Source: an uncultured delta proteobacterium (lineage in GTDB: Bacteria; Myxococcota_A; Polyangia; Palsa-1104). From it: a stretch of 64,000 nt of DNA. Where the stretch lies: assembly GCA_963785725.1 (NCBI GenBank), contig CAWAWS010000033.1, positions 160,001-224,000 of the forward strand. Reading direction: 5' to 3'. Numbering within the stretch: position 1 is the first letter of the stretch; each line of letters starts with the position of its first letter. Of the stretch, positions 32,383-43,818 are shown in pieces. The notes under the pieces are model-generated. The model searched no databases. It worked only from the letters and a program-made list of their open reading frames with translations, and was not told where the DNA came from. A program made the position numbers and the translations under genes.

Positions 32383-35306
32383 TTACGGCGTCAGGACGTA
32401 CGAGAAGATATGCAACATGCCCGAGCTGACCTGCCCCGGCAGCGTGACGCTGGCGACGGTCTTCGTCGGGTCGAGCGCCGTCGACGTGTAGAACAAGTAG
32501 ACGTTCAGCGTCTGCTGTCCGCCGCCGCTCTGGTTACGCGCGGTCGTCGTGAGCGCCGTGACGTTGCCGGGCGCCTGCGTGCCGCCACCGCCGCCGAGCG
32601 TCCAGTCGCTGAGCGCGAGCGTGAACGCCGCCGACGTGCCATCGGTGTACGTGATGGTGCCGGTGCCGCTGGCCGGGCCGTCTTCCGACGAGCCCGAGCC
32701 AGGCGATGCTGCCGCCCTTTTGCGTCGTCGAGAACGTCAGCGTCTGCGCGTTGGCGACGATGTTGTCGAGCGTGCTGCCCGCCGGCGCCATCGGGAACGT
32801 GATGCCGTTGTAGGTGAACGACGTGGCGCCGACCCCGTTGGCGGTCAACTGCTCGGCCGAGTAGCTGTAGCCGAGACCGTCGAAGTTGGCGACCGCGGGC
32901 GTGGCGTTGGGGCTGATGCCGCGCGCGTTGTAGGCGGTCGACACGCTGGCGAAGCTGCCCGGACCGAACGACGGCGGCGCGTCGGCGACACCGCCGCCCC
33001 ACGTCGACGCGTTGGTGCCGAGCGTGAAGTCGAGCGTCGCGCCGGCCAGAATCGTGCTGACCGGCAGCCACAAGCTCGTCGTCGCCGCGCCGTTGAGCGT
33101 GGCGCTCTGCACGTAGTAGCTCGTCGAAGAGCCGCCGGCGGAGTTGATCTGGAACGTCTTGCCGTTACCGAGGTGCACGGCGATGCTCGGGAACGACGGG
33201 CTGGCAATGGCGACGCCGCCGACGCCCGGCACTTCCGGATAGAGGCCCATCATGAACCACACGACCAGCGACGACATGGCGCCCAAGTCGTCGTTGCCGG
33301 GCATGCCGCCGGGCATCGTCGAGAAGGCCTCGGTGAGCGCGCGGTGCACGACGTTCTGCGTGCGCCACGGCGCGCCGGCCCAGTCGTACATGAACGGCGT
33401 CGAGAAGTCGGGCTCGTTGCCGATGTAGCAATAAGCGGAGCTGCCACCGGCGTTCATCGACGTGAAGAACGTGTCGAGGCGCGGGACGACGACGCTGTTG
33501 CCGCCCATGAGCGCGAAGAGGCCGGGCAGATCTTGCGGCGCATACCACGTGTACTGCTCGGCGCTGGCCTCGGTGAAGCCGGCGTTGAACCCTTGCGCCG
33601 GCCCGAGCGGCGTCGGCCACGAGCCGTCGGCGTTGCGCGGCTCGATCGACGGATTCGGCGTCGCCGCCTGGTCGAGCTCGTTGCGCCAGTAAGTCGAGCG
33701 CGCGCCGGCGATGCGCGCCAGATCGGGGTCGCCGTTGGCGGCCGCGAAGCGCGCGACCGCGGCGTCACGCGCGCCGTATTCGAGCGCGTCGGACGCCGAC
33801 CACGTCGGCGCCGCCGGATAGCCGCGACCGATGTAATCGGACAGCGCCGGCAGCTCGGTCGCGCCGTGGCAGTTCGCGCCCGTGTTGGTCGTCATGTTGT
33901 GCATGACCGAGACGGCGGTGGCGGTGTCGAAGTTGGTGGCGCCGAAGGCCCAGCTGTTGGCGACGATGAGCGAGCCCGGATCGCCGGCCATGACGTTGTC
34001 TTCGACGTTGTTCTGCGACCACTTGGGATAGGCGCCGCACTGCGTGGCGTCGTTGACGAGCGACTGCACGACGTCGCTCCAAATGTCGGGGAAGAGCAGC
34101 GCCGCCAGCTGAACCTGGCTGCGATAGATGTCCCAGCCCGAGAAGTTCGAATACTGCGCCACGTGCGGCGCGGCGACGGAGTGCTGCACGCCTTCGAAGC
34201 CCATGTAGTCGCCGGTGACGTCGCTGTAGACGTTCGGATGCAGCAGCGAGTGATAGAGCGCCGTGTAGAACTTGGTCGTGTCGTCGCCCGTGCCGCCGGT
34301 CGCTTGGATGGCGTTGAGCCGCGTGTTCCAGGCCGTCTTGGCCGCAGCGTGAATGCCGTCGAAGTCGAAGGCGGGGTTCTCGGCCGTGAGGTTGGCCTTC
34401 GAGTTCGTCTGATTGGTGTACGAGATGCCGATCTTGACGTTGACCACTTGCGTCGTCGAGGCGTCGAAGCCGAGGGTCGCCTTGCCGGCGGCGAGGGTCG
34501 ACGTCTTCCACGGCCGATCGAACGTGATCGTGTAATAGAGGGGGAACGTGCCGCCGCCACAGAACTTGCCGCCGAGCGTGTAGCCGCTCAAGCCGTCGTT
34601 GGTGGCGGCCGGCGGTCATCGCGAGCGCCGTGATGCCGCTCTGCGTCTGCGAGCGCGACGTGTCGAGCACGATGGTCGCGTTGCTGTTGGGCGGGAACGT
34701 GATGCGGGCCATGCCCGTGCGCGCCGTCGCCGTCAGCTCGACCTGCACGTTGGCGTCGGACGTGGCCGAGTAGTAGCCGGGCGACGCCTTCTCTTGCGCG
34801 TGCGAGAAGTTGAACGTGGTGGCCGTCGGATCGACGAGCGCGAGCAGCGGCAGGTCGCCGCCGTTGGCGCAGCCGGCGCCGCTGAAGTGGGTCAGGCTGA
34901 AGCCGGAGATCGTCGTCGCCGCGTAGGCGTAGCCGGACGGGCTGGCGCCGGGCGTGTCGGGGCTGAACGCGACCATGCCCCAGGGAACGGTCGCGCCCGG
35001 GAAGTCGTCGCCCGCCGCGCCACCGCCGACGGGATTGACGACGTTGGGCGCGTTGTCGGTGCCGATGAACGGGTTGACGAACTGCGTGACGTCGGGGAGC
35101 ACCGGGCCGGTCATGTCGGCGCCGGCCAAGTCGCCGCTCGCCACGCTGCCGTCGCTGGGCACGGTCATGTCGGCGCCGGTGATCGCTAGGTCACCGTTGC
35201 TGCCGCTCATGTCGGTGCCTGGGGTGATGGTGCTCGGACCGCAACCGACGGCGGCCATGACGACGGGAAAAAGCCAAGTAAGGGACGACGACGATCGCGA
35301 TTTCAT
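32383..35306 (-). CDS. GH92 alpha-1,2-mannosidase-like lipoprotein, split by two apparent +1 frameshifts (~34607, ~32693)
   Basis: AAVGC lipobox, VNPFIGT, FPGATVPWGMV, FSLTHFSGAGC; then FYTALYH, FSGWDIYRSQ, GNEP, PGNDDLGAMSS; hand-translated tail GTITYTDG...SDWT...SVTLP ends at TAA 32383. Removing two bases gives 974 codons. Confidence 0.9.
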
Positions 35307-35606
35307 GCATGCGCCTCGCGTAGCGCGGGAACCGCGGCAAAAGCTCCGACAAGATCGCGTAATCGCGCGAGTTACTATCGGCTACCTCGCCCCGGTGAGC
35401 CCGCGAGCCTCCGTTCTTACACGCCGCTGTACTGGGCCCTTATCATCTTGCGTGATACCGCTCATTCACAGCGTCAATAGTAGTGCCGACGTCGTCGACG
35501 CTGAGGCGCGAAGTCGGGTACGCGGCGCCCCAGTCGCGCGGCGTAACGAAATGTAGGGAAGAATCATCGCGCGGCCGATCGCGGCGCGTCGGCGACCACG
35601 AGACGG

Positions 35607-36542
35607 TCAGCCGGCGCGTTCGTGGTCGAGCGCGGCGGCGAGCTCGATGACCTGGCGGCGCAGCCAGCGGTGGCCGTCGTCGTCGTGGACGCGGCTGTGC
35701 CAGAAGGCGCCGATGGTGACGCCGTGGTCGCCGAACGGCAGCGGCCGCCGCACCAACGGCAACAGCTCGACGAGCGGCTGCGCGATGCGATTGGCGAGCG
35801 TGAAGCAGAAGTCGCCCTGCATGATGACGTAGGGCGCGATGAGGAAGTTGGGCACCGTGAGGACGATGCGGCGCTCGTGGCCCATCTTCGCCAAGAGCTC
35901 GTCGGCCAATCCGACCGTGCCGACGGGCAGCGCCTCGATGTGCTCGAGCTGCAGGTAGCGCTTCAAGCCCAGCGTGCCGGCGGCGAACGGGTGGCCGGCT
36001 CGCAGGATGCACACCAGGTGATCGCGGAAGATCCAGCGCCGATGCAGACCGCGCGGCACGTCGCGGACGCGCGTGCCGCCGAGCACGAGGTCGACCGAGC
36101 CCGACTCGAGCGCGCTCCACGGAAATTCGCGCATCGGCGGGACGATGTGCAGCACGACGTCGGCGGCCTGCGCGCGCACGCGATTGACGAGCGCGCTCAA
36201 GAGCACGAACTGCACGTAGTCGGTGGCCGCGATGACGAACGTGCGCCGCGCCGTCTGCGGGTCGAACACGCCGCCGCCGGCCACCGCTTTGCCGACGCGA
36301 TCGAGCGCCTCGCCGACGTCGCGCTGCAGCGCCAAGGCGCGCGACGTCGGCACCATTCCCGTCGCCGCCCGCACGAGCAGCGGATCGCCGAGCGCCTGCC
36401 GCAGGCGCGACAGCGCGTTGGAGACGGCCGATTGGCTGAGGCCGAGCCGCTTGGCCGCGCGGGTGACGTTGCGCTCGGCGAGGAGCACGTCGAACACGAC
36501 CAGCAGGTTCAGGTCGAACCCGGACAGGCGCGTCGAGTCCAT
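35607..36542 (-). CDS. LysR-family transcriptional regulator
   Basis: FDLNLLVVFDVLLAERNVTRAAKRLGLSQSAVSNALSRLR HTH plus substrate-binding domain. Confidence 0.95.
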   Translation of the reverse strand: MDSTRLSGFDLNLLVVFDVLLAERNVTRAAKRLGLSQSAVSNALSRLRQALGDPLLVRAATGMVPTSRALALQRDVGEALDRVGKAVAGGGVFDPQTARRTFVIAATDYVQFVLLSALVNRVRAQAADVVLHIVPPMREFPWSALESGSVDLVLGGTRVRDVPRGLHRRWIFRDHLVCILRAGHPFAAGTLGLKRYLQLEHIEALPVGTVGLADELLAKMGHERRIVLTVPNFLIAPYVIMQGDFCFTLANRIAQPLVELLPLVRRPLPFGDHGVTIGAFWHSRVHDDDGHRWLRRQVIELAAALDHERAG

Positions 36543-36611
36543 GGCCTGCGATTGTCGCGCAGCTAGGCCGCGCGGCTCAAGGATCTTCGAAAGAGATCGT
36601 TACGTTATCGT

Positions 36612-38421
36612 TTACTGCAGCGGCGCGCAGGTGGAGACGCCGGCGCCGACGATGAAGCGGCCGTCGTGCGCGATCGTCGTCGAGAACAGCTTCGGGTTGT
36701 TGCGCGACACTTGGTAGATCGTGTCACCGACGAAGATGTAGAAGTAGCCGCCCCAGAACTTCATGGCCCAGCTCATGGTGCCGCTCAGCGCCGGATAGGT
36801 GAACGTCTGCAGGATGGCGCCGTTGGCCGGGCTGAGCTGGTACAGCGTGGCCAAGTTCGTCGGCGACTCGAAGTCGGGCACGAAGCCCCACAGCGTGCCG
36901 TCGCCGAGGCCGGAGAGCTCGGGCAGGCCGGGCACGGTGCCGACCGGCGACACGGTCAGCGACGGGAACGCGACCGTGGCCAGCGTCGACGACGAGATTC
37001 TGCGTCGTGCCGCCGCCGGCGATGTAGAGCGTGTCGTTGCCGTTCGTCGGATCGAAGACGAAGCCCATGCCGAAGACGATGAGACCGTCCTGGCCGACCT
37101 GGAAGCTCGTCGGCGTGCAGGCGCCGGTCGTGGTGTCGACGGTGAACATCTGGCCGTCGGTGTAGGCGACCCAGGCGACGGCGTTCTGGTCGACGGCCAT
37201 CGAGTTCGGATTCGACGCGTCCGGGCACTGCAGCTGCGCGATGTCGGTGAACGTCAACGTCGCCGGATCGAAGCGCGAGAAGAGGCCGCCTTGGTCGACC
37301 GTGTAGATCCACTGGCTGGCCTCGACGCAGACCGTGTTGACGTAGGCCGAGAGCGGCACGACGGCGTTGGGCATGCGCGAGTTGCCGGTCTTGAAGTCGA
37401 GCGTGCCCGTCTTCAGATGCGGCGGCGCGCTGTCGGACGCGGTGAACGTCACGGGAATCGCCGCCGTGCCGCCGACGTCGACCACGAACGTCGTCGTCTG
37501 GCCCGAGCTGAGCGTGAACCCCGGGTCGGTGCCGGCGCCGAGCGTGACGCCGGTGACGACGCAGGCGTCGGTGCCGTCGTTGCCGAGCGTGACCGGCGCC
37601 GTCTGCGACGTGTTCAGGATGACGTTGCCGAAGTCGAGGCTGGGCGGCGTGATCGTCAAGTTGCAGCCGACGTCGATGTCGGCCGACAGCGGCACGGCGA
37701 CGTCGGCCTGCGTCGTGTCGCTGCTCTGGAAGTCGAGCGTGCCGGTGCGATGATGCGGGGGCTGCACATCGGTGGGCGCGAAGTCGACCTCGAGCGGCGC
37801 CGAGTCGCCCGGATCGAGGTCGAACAGCGTCGCCTGGCCGGGCGTAATCTTGAATTCGGCGTCGCTGCCGGTGCCGATGACGATGTCGTCGAGCTCGCAG
37901 GGGCCGATGCCGATGTCCTTGACGATGACGGTGCGCGTGACGGTGCTGCCGAGCGGCACCGTGCCGAAGTCGACGGCGCTGGGCGCGACCGAGATCGTGC
38001 ACGTGCTCTTGATGCTGGCGGTGAGCGCCACCGACGCCGTCGCCGACGTGATGTCGTTGCTGTCGATGGTGAGCGCGCCTTTGCGCGCCAGCGGCAGCAC
38101 TTTGGCCGGCGGCGTGAAGCTCACCGCCAGCGTCGCCGACGCGTTGGGCCCGATGCTGGTGCTCGACGCGCTGGCGAGGCTGAAGCCGGGATTGCTCGTC
38201 GCGGCGATGACGATCGGTCGCAGGTCGCACATGCCGCTGCCGCTGTTGAACGCCGTCACGCTCTGCGTCACGGTGGCGCCGGGCAGCACCTCGCCGAAAT
38301 CGAGCGCGTTCGTCGACAAGCCGAGCACGCAATCGGCCGGAAGCAGGCTCGAGCGCCCGCAGCCAATGAGCGCCGAGGACAGGGTCGCCAGCAACGCCAG
38401 CCGGCCGATTCGCGAGTTCAT
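36612..38421 (-). CDS. Lipoprotein with three ASH/choice-of-anchor D Ig-like repeats and a C-terminal beta-rich domain; apparent +1 frameshift ~36996
   Basis: LIGC lipobox; three (L/V)DFG.V...T...N.G...C repeats; C-terminus in a second frame ending IVGAGVSTCAPLQ; removing one base gives 603 codons. Confidence 0.82.
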
Positions 38422-38526
38422 GGACGGCTGCTCCGCAAGTTCGTGGCCTTACACTAAGCCTGCACTAGGACTTCGACAGCCGTTTTACCACGAGCCGTCC
38501 ACGTTTCCTGCGCCCGAGATCACTAT

Positions 38527-38826
38527 ATGATTTCGGCCTTGCCGACAAACACTGCTCCGCGGAGCCTGCCGCGCTCCGCCACCGCTGCCCGCGCCGGCGC
38601 TCGCACGCGCGTTCTCGTCGCTGCCGTGGCCGCGACCGGCCTCTTGGCCTGCGCCGGCTGTGCCGGCGAGCTGGTGCAGCGGCCGCCCGCCGCCGACCCG
38701 ACGGCCGCCGCCGCTGCCGAAGCGCCGTTCACGCCGCCGCCCGTGCGCGCCGACGACCCCGTCTTGACGCCGGCCAAGCGACCGCCAACGCCTACGGCCA
38801 CGAAGCCCAGCGACGAGAGGCCATGA
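38527..38826 (+). CDS. Small Pro-rich lipoprotein, first gene of the copper operon
   Basis: LLACAGC lipobox-like; ATGA overlap with the TolC gene; start uncertain. Confidence 0.6.
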   Translation: MISALPTNTAPRSLPRSATAARAGARTRVLVAAVAATGLLACAGCAGELVQRPPAADPTAAAAAEAPFTPPPVRADDPVLTPAKRPPTPTATKPSDERP

Positions 38827-40199
38827 GCCGCGCCGCTTTCGTCCTCACGCTCGCGGCCGCGCTCGGCGGCTGCTCGGTGCCGCGCCAAGCCGGGTTCGAC
38901 GACGTCGCGCACAAGCTCGCCGGCCGCAGCGACTATCGCGTGCATTGGAAGACCGGCGGCGACGAAGATCGCGCCATCGCCGACGAGACGCGCCGCCTCC
39001 TGTCGCGCCCGCTGACGCTGGAAAGTGCGACACAAATCGCGCTCTTCGGTAACCCGGAGCTGCAGGCGACCTATGAGCGCCTGGGCGTCGCGCAGGCCGA
39101 CGTCGTGCAAGCCGGCCTGTTGCGCAACCCGCATATTTCGCTGCATTACGGCTTCAACGTCTTCGGCGGCGGGGTCGACGAGCTGCTCGGCTCGGTGACG
39201 GGCATGTTTCTCGACCTGTTCCTGATGCCGCTCAAGAAGAAGCTGGCGCTGGCTGAGCTGGCGCGCGTGCAGCTCGAGGTCGGCGACGCGGTGCTGCAAA
39301 AGGCGCATCAAGTGGCCCAGGCATTTTACGCCGTGCAGGCGGCGACGCAGCTCGTCGCCATGCGCCACACGCTGCTCGACGCGCAACAGGCCGCGGCCGA
39401 GCTGGCGCTGCGGCAGCACGAAGCCGGCACCGCGAGCGACCTCGAGCTCGCCGGCGAGCAGGCGGCGTACGTGCAAGCGCGCATCGACCTCGGCCGCGCC
39501 GACGCCGAGCGGCTGGGCGAGCGCGAGAAGCTGACGCGCCTCCTCGGCGTGTGGGGCGCGGACGTCGACTATCGCGTGGCGCCGTCGCTGCCGGAGCTGC
39601 CGGCGAGCGAGCCGGCGCTGGCGCACCTCGAGCGCATCGCCATCGAGCATCGCCTCGATTTGGCGGCCGCAAAAGCGGAGTTGGCGACCGCTTCGACGGC
39701 GCTGCAGCTGGAGAAAGGGACGCGCGCCATCGGCGGCCTCGACCTCGGCGTCAACGCACACCGCGATCCCGATGGGCCGGTCACCGTCGGGCCGACGCTC
39801 GATCTGGAGCTCCCGATCTTCGACCAGAAGCAGGCGGAGATGGCGCGGCTGCGGGCCTCGTTGCGCGCGGCGCAAGATCGCGCCGACACGATTGCGTTGA
39901 CCGTCAGGTCCGAAGTGCGCGACGCGCGCAATCGTCTCTTGGCCACGCGCGCGGCCATCGAAGATTATCGGCGCGCGTTATTGCCGCTGCGCGAGAAGAT
40001 CGTGGCGCTGTCGCAAGAGCAATACAACGCGATGTTATTGGGCGTCTATCAGCTCATTTCGGCCAAACAGAGCGAGACCAATACCTATCGCGAATATATC
40101 GAGATGGTGCGCGATTATTGGATCGCGCGCGCCGACCTCGAATATGCGATCGGTACGCGGCTGGCGAATATCGGTAGCGACAAAGGAGAACAGCCATGA
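38823..40199 (+). CDS. TolC-family outer-membrane protein, copper-resistance associated
   Basis: LGGC lipobox, NPELQA, AGLLRNP, ELPIFD, YNAMLLGVYQL; ATGA overlap with the oxidase gene. Confidence 0.92.
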   Translation: MSRAAFVLTLAAALGGCSVPRQAGFDDVAHKLAGRSDYRVHWKTGGDEDRAIADETRRLLSRPLTLESATQIALFGNPELQATYERLGVAQADVVQAGLLRNPHISLHYGFNVFGGGVDELLGSVTGMFLDLFLMPLKKKLALAELARVQLEVGDAVLQKAHQVAQAFYAVQAATQLVAMRHTLLDAQQAAAELALRQHEAGTASDLELAGEQAAYVQARIDLGRADAERLGEREKLTRLLGVWGADVDYRVAPSLPELPASEPALAHLERIAIEHRLDLAAAKAELATASTALQLEKGTRAIGGLDLGVNAHRDPDGPVTVGPTLDLELPIFDQKQAEMARLRASLRAAQDRADTIALTVRSEVRDARNRLLATRAAIEDYRRALLPLREKIVALSQEQYNAMLLGVYQLISAKQSETNTYREYIEMVRDYWIARADLEYAIGTRLANIGSDKGEQP

Positions 40200-41440
40200 G
40201 CCTCAGCCGTCGCGAGCTCTTGTTGTCGAGCGCGCTCTTGGCCGGCGCCGTCGCCAAAAAAGCGGAAGCGGCGACGGTGAATCGCGCCTGGACGCCCGAT
40301 GAAGCGGCGACCCACGCGCAGCATTACACCCCCGTCGTGACGCCCGATGGCGCGACCTTGCCGTGGAAGATGGTCAATGGCGTCAAAGAATTTCATTTGA
40401 TCGCCGAGCCGGTGGAGCGTGAGTTCGCGCCCGGAATGACCATTCACTGCTGGGGTTATAACGGGATGACGCCGGGCCCGACGATCGAAGCGGTGGAAGG
40501 CGACCGCGTGCGCATCTTGGTGACCAATCGTTTACCGGAGAATACGTCGGTGCATTGGCACGGCGTCATATTACCGAACGGAATGGACGGGGTTTCGGGG
40601 CTGAATCAACCGCATATCAAGCCTGGTGAAACCTACGCCTATGAATTCACGCTCAAGCAACACGGCACGCAGCTCTATCATCCGCACTCCGACGAAATGG
40701 TGCAGATGGCCATGGGAATGGAGGGATTTTTCGTCATTCACCCCAAGAATGCGCCGCGCATCGATCGTGATTTCGCGATATTTCTGCAGGAATGGTTCGT
40801 GGCGCCGGGGACCTATACGCCGAACGCCTCGGTCATGACCGACTTCAACTTGTTTACATTCAATAGCCGAATATTTCCGGGCACGGCGCCGCTGGTCGTC
40901 CGGCAAGGGCAGCGCGTGCGGATTCGTTGGGCCAACCTGAGCATGGATAGTCATCCCGTTCATATTCACGGCCATTCATTCAAGATCGTCGGCACCGACG
41001 GCGGCGCCATTCCGCCGTCGGCGCAATGGCCGGCGACGACAGTGAACGTGCCGCCGGGGACGACGCGCGACATCGAGTTCATCGCCGACAATCCCGGCGA
41101 TTGGGCGCTGCATTGCCATAAGAATCATCACACGATGAATCAAATGTCGCACGACGTGCCCAATATGATGGGCGTCGAGCAGCGCGCGGTGGAAGAGAAG
41201 ATGCGCCGCCTATTGCCGGGATATATGGCGATGGGAACGACCGGAATGGGCGATATGAGTGAAATGAATATGGGTGGTCCGAAGAATTGGGTGCCGATGA
41301 TGACCGGCGAAGGCAAGTTCGGGCCGATGCAAATGGGCGGCATGTTCACGATCGTCAAAGTGCGCGCGAATATCGGCAGCTACGAAGATCCGGGGTGGTA
41401 CGAAGCGCCGAAAGGAACGCGCGCCTACAAGGTCGAATAG
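40196..41440 (+). CDS. Multicopper oxidase (two-domain type) with Tat signal and Met-rich tail
   Basis: SRRELL Tat motif; HWHG, YHPH, HPVHIHGH, HCHKNHHTMNQM. Confidence 0.93.
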   Translation: MSLSRRELLLSSALLAGAVAKKAEAATVNRAWTPDEAATHAQHYTPVVTPDGATLPWKMVNGVKEFHLIAEPVEREFAPGMTIHCWGYNGMTPGPTIEAVEGDRVRILVTNRLPENTSVHWHGVILPNGMDGVSGLNQPHIKPGETYAYEFTLKQHGTQLYHPHSDEMVQMAMGMEGFFVIHPKNAPRIDRDFAIFLQEWFVAPGTYTPNASVMTDFNLFTFNSRIFPGTAPLVVRQGQRVRIRWANLSMDSHPVHIHGHSFKIVGTDGGAIPPSAQWPATTVNVPPGTTRDIEFIADNPGDWALHCHKNHHTMNQMSHDVPNMMGVEQRAVEEKMRRLLPGYMAMGTTGMGDMSEMNMGGPKNWVPMMTGEGKFGPMQMGGMFTIVKVRANIGSYEDPGWYEAPKGTRAYKVE

Positions 41441-41550
41441 CGCGGCGACCTATTCACGCGAGGGCGCTGCGAGCCCCAGCTGTCTCCACGACGAAACAGA
41501 AATGATAGGGAGCGCGCGCGTAAACAGGCGGGAACGCACGTCGTGACGCT

Positions 41551-41566
41551 TGGAACGGCGCGTGCT
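41551..41566 (+). promoter_or_regulatory. sigma54 promoter candidate
   Basis: TGGAACGGCGCGTGCT, GG-N10-GC; predicted +1 falls near 41577, beside in-frame GTG 41578. Confidence 0.5.
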
Positions 41567-41577
41567 TGGCGACGATC

Positions 41578-43818
41578 GTGCTCATTCGCCCGCAATCCCG
41601 CGACTCCGCTATTTCGATCGCCGCGCTCGCGTTGACGCTCGCGGCTTGCGCCTCCGGCCACGGCAGCGCCGACGACGCCGGGCGACCGCCCATCGTCGGC
41701 GGCGACTTGGCGGCGCCGACCGATGCCGCCATGACGGCAACCGATGGCAGCGTCGCGGCCGATGGCGGCGCGGCGGCCGATTTAGGGACGCCGGCGCTCG
41801 CCTGTAAGACCCACTATCTCGACCCGCAAACGTACTTATCGGGCGCCGTCGATTCGCAATGGTATATCGACAATATTCCGTTCCTCGACGTTCCCGACGC
41901 CGAGACGAACAGCAATATTCAGCCGATCTATTATTATCGCTGGAGCACGCTGAAGCGGGCGGCGCGCTATACCGATCCGACGAACGGATATGTATTCCTC
42001 GAATTCCTGGAGCCGCCGGCATATGCGTCGGCGTTCGGCGCCGTCAATGCCGCCGCCGGGCATCATTTGTACGAGGCGCGCTGGCTGCACGATTCGCGTT
42101 ATGGCGACGATTACTTGAACTATTGGCTCAAAGGCGCGGGCACGGCCGGCGTGCGTCAATACAGCTTCTGGGTCGCGGATTCGACGTGGGCGCGCTATCT
42201 CGTCAGTGGCGACGGCGCGTTCGCGCATTCGTTATTGCCGCAGCTGAAAGCCAATTACGACGCGTGGGCCGATCATTTCGACGCGACGCTCGGCCTCTAT
42301 TGGCAAGTGCCGGTTTGGGACGCGATGGAATACATGGCCGATACCTATTCGAGCGAGAATCCCGACAAGGATCCGTACCATGGCGGACCGGGATATCGAC
42401 CGACGATCAACGCCTATCAATATGCGGACGCGCTGGCGATCGCCAATATCGCGCAGACCTTCGACAACGATCCGGCGACGGCGACGACCTATCGCGCGCG
42501 GGCGACGGCGCTGCAAACGGCGATGCAGACGAATCTGTGGGCGCCGACGAGCCACTTCTTCGTGCATCGATATCGCGACAGCAACGCGCTCTTCGACCAA
42601 GGCGGCGGGCGCGAGGAGATTGGCTTCGTGCCATGGCAGTTCAATATGCCGACCGCGGGTTACGAGAGCACGTGGCAGAACACGATCATGAACGCGAGCG
42701 CGTTCTATACGGCGTATGGACCGACGACGGTGGCGAAGGATAATCCGCTCTATTTGTATCAATACACGAAGGGCACCTGCTGCCACTGGAATGGGCCGTT
42801 GTGGCCTTATTCGACGACGCAAACGCTGAAGGCGATGGCGAATCTGCTCAATAATTATCAGCAGACCTACGTGAGCGCGGCCGATTATTTCACGCTGCTC
42901 GAATCCTTCGCGAAGTCGCAATACAAGAACGGTGAGCCCTATGTCGCCGAAGCGCTCGATCCCGACGACACGACGGGCGCGCCGATTTGGACGTACGATA
43001 CGCCGTCGCATAGCGAGCATTACAACCATTCGGGATTCGTCGATCTGGTCATCAGCGGGCTGATTGGGCTACATCCGAGCGCGGACGACATGGTGCATAT
43101 CAAGCCATTGACGCCGGCGGCTTGGGATCATTTCATGCTCGAGAACGTCAGTTATCACGGCCATTATCTGACGATCATTTGGGATCAAACCGGCACGTAT
43201 TACGGCGCCGGCACCGGGTTTACGATCTACCAGGACTGCAATGTGCTGCATACGCAGCCGACGCTGGGCGAAGTCGACGTGCCCTTGGCGAACGGCAGCT
43301 GGGCGCCGGCGCCGTACGTGCGAATGAACAATATCTTCGCCAACGCCAATGGCGCGACCTATCCGACGGCGAGCGCGTCGTATACGTGGTCGGGCGACAA
43401 TATCGCGCAGATCAATGACGGGCTCGTCATCTACGATAAATCGGTCAATGGCAGCCCGAATAACGCACAGCTGCACAATCGCTGGACCAATTACGGCAGT
43501 AAGAATACCAGCGATTGGGTCGCGTTCGACTTGGGTACGGCGCAGACGTTGAATGAGCTGACGCTGCATATCTATAGCGACGGCGGCGGCGTGACGGTGC
43601 CGGCGAGCTATACGATCGAGACGTCTGCCGACGGCGCGACGTGGACGGCGGCCACGAACGTGCAGCGGCAGCCGACGACGCCCGTCGCCGGGCCCAATGT
43701 CGCGACGTTCGATTCGATATCGACGCGCTATGTGCGCGTGACGTTTCCGACGCCGAATTGCCCGAGCGGGACCGGCTGCGCCGGCGTCACCGAGCTCGAG
43801 GCTTGGGTGGCGCCGTAG
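41578..43818 (+). CDS. (alpha/alpha)6 glycoside hydrolase (MGH1/GH63-like) lipoprotein with C-terminal F5/8 type C (discoidin) domain
   Basis: LAAC lipobox; NIPF, YYYRW, HHLYEARW, DAME, REEIGFVPW, WNGPLWPY, EHYNHS; C-terminal DWVAFDLG...YTIETSADG.TW...RYVRV. Start 41566 or 41578. Confidence 0.8.
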   Translation: MLIRPQSRDSAISIAALALTLAACASGHGSADDAGRPPIVGGDLAAPTDAAMTATDGSVAADGGAAADLGTPALACKTHYLDPQTYLSGAVDSQWYIDNIPFLDVPDAETNSNIQPIYYYRWSTLKRAARYTDPTNGYVFLEFLEPPAYASAFGAVNAAAGHHLYEARWLHDSRYGDDYLNYWLKGAGTAGVRQYSFWVADSTWARYLVSGDGAFAHSLLPQLKANYDAWADHFDATLGLYWQVPVWDAMEYMADTYSSENPDKDPYHGGPGYRPTINAYQYADALAIANIAQTFDNDPATATTYRARATALQTAMQTNLWAPTSHFFVHRYRDSNALFDQGGGREEIGFVPWQFNMPTAGYESTWQNTIMNASAFYTAYGPTTVAKDNPLYLYQYTKGTCCHWNGPLWPYSTTQTLKAMANLLNNYQQTYVSAADYFTLLESFAKSQYKNGEPYVAEALDPDDTTGAPIWTYDTPSHSEHYNHSGFVDLVISGLIGLHPSADDMVHIKPLTPAAWDHFMLENVSYHGHYLTIIWDQTGTYYGAGTGFTIYQDCNVLHTQPTLGEVDVPLANGSWAPAPYVRMNNIFANANGATYPTASASYTWSGDNIAQINDGLVIYDKSVNGSPNNAQLHNRWTNYGSKNTSDWVAFDLGTAQTLNELTLHIYSDGGGVTVPASYTIETSADGATWTAATNVQRQPTTPVAGPNVATFDSISTRYVRVTFPTPNCPSGTGCAGVTELEAWVAP

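Noticed and set aside
32383..38421. GH92 and Ig-like lipoprotein as pseudogenes
   Set aside because: No in-frame stops or decay beyond isolated single-base indels; sequencing error is more likely but unproven.
43787..43818. 32-nt convergent overlap of GH63-like and GNAT genes as a regulatory device
   Set aside because: Short 3' overlaps are common in GC-rich genomes with few stop codons.
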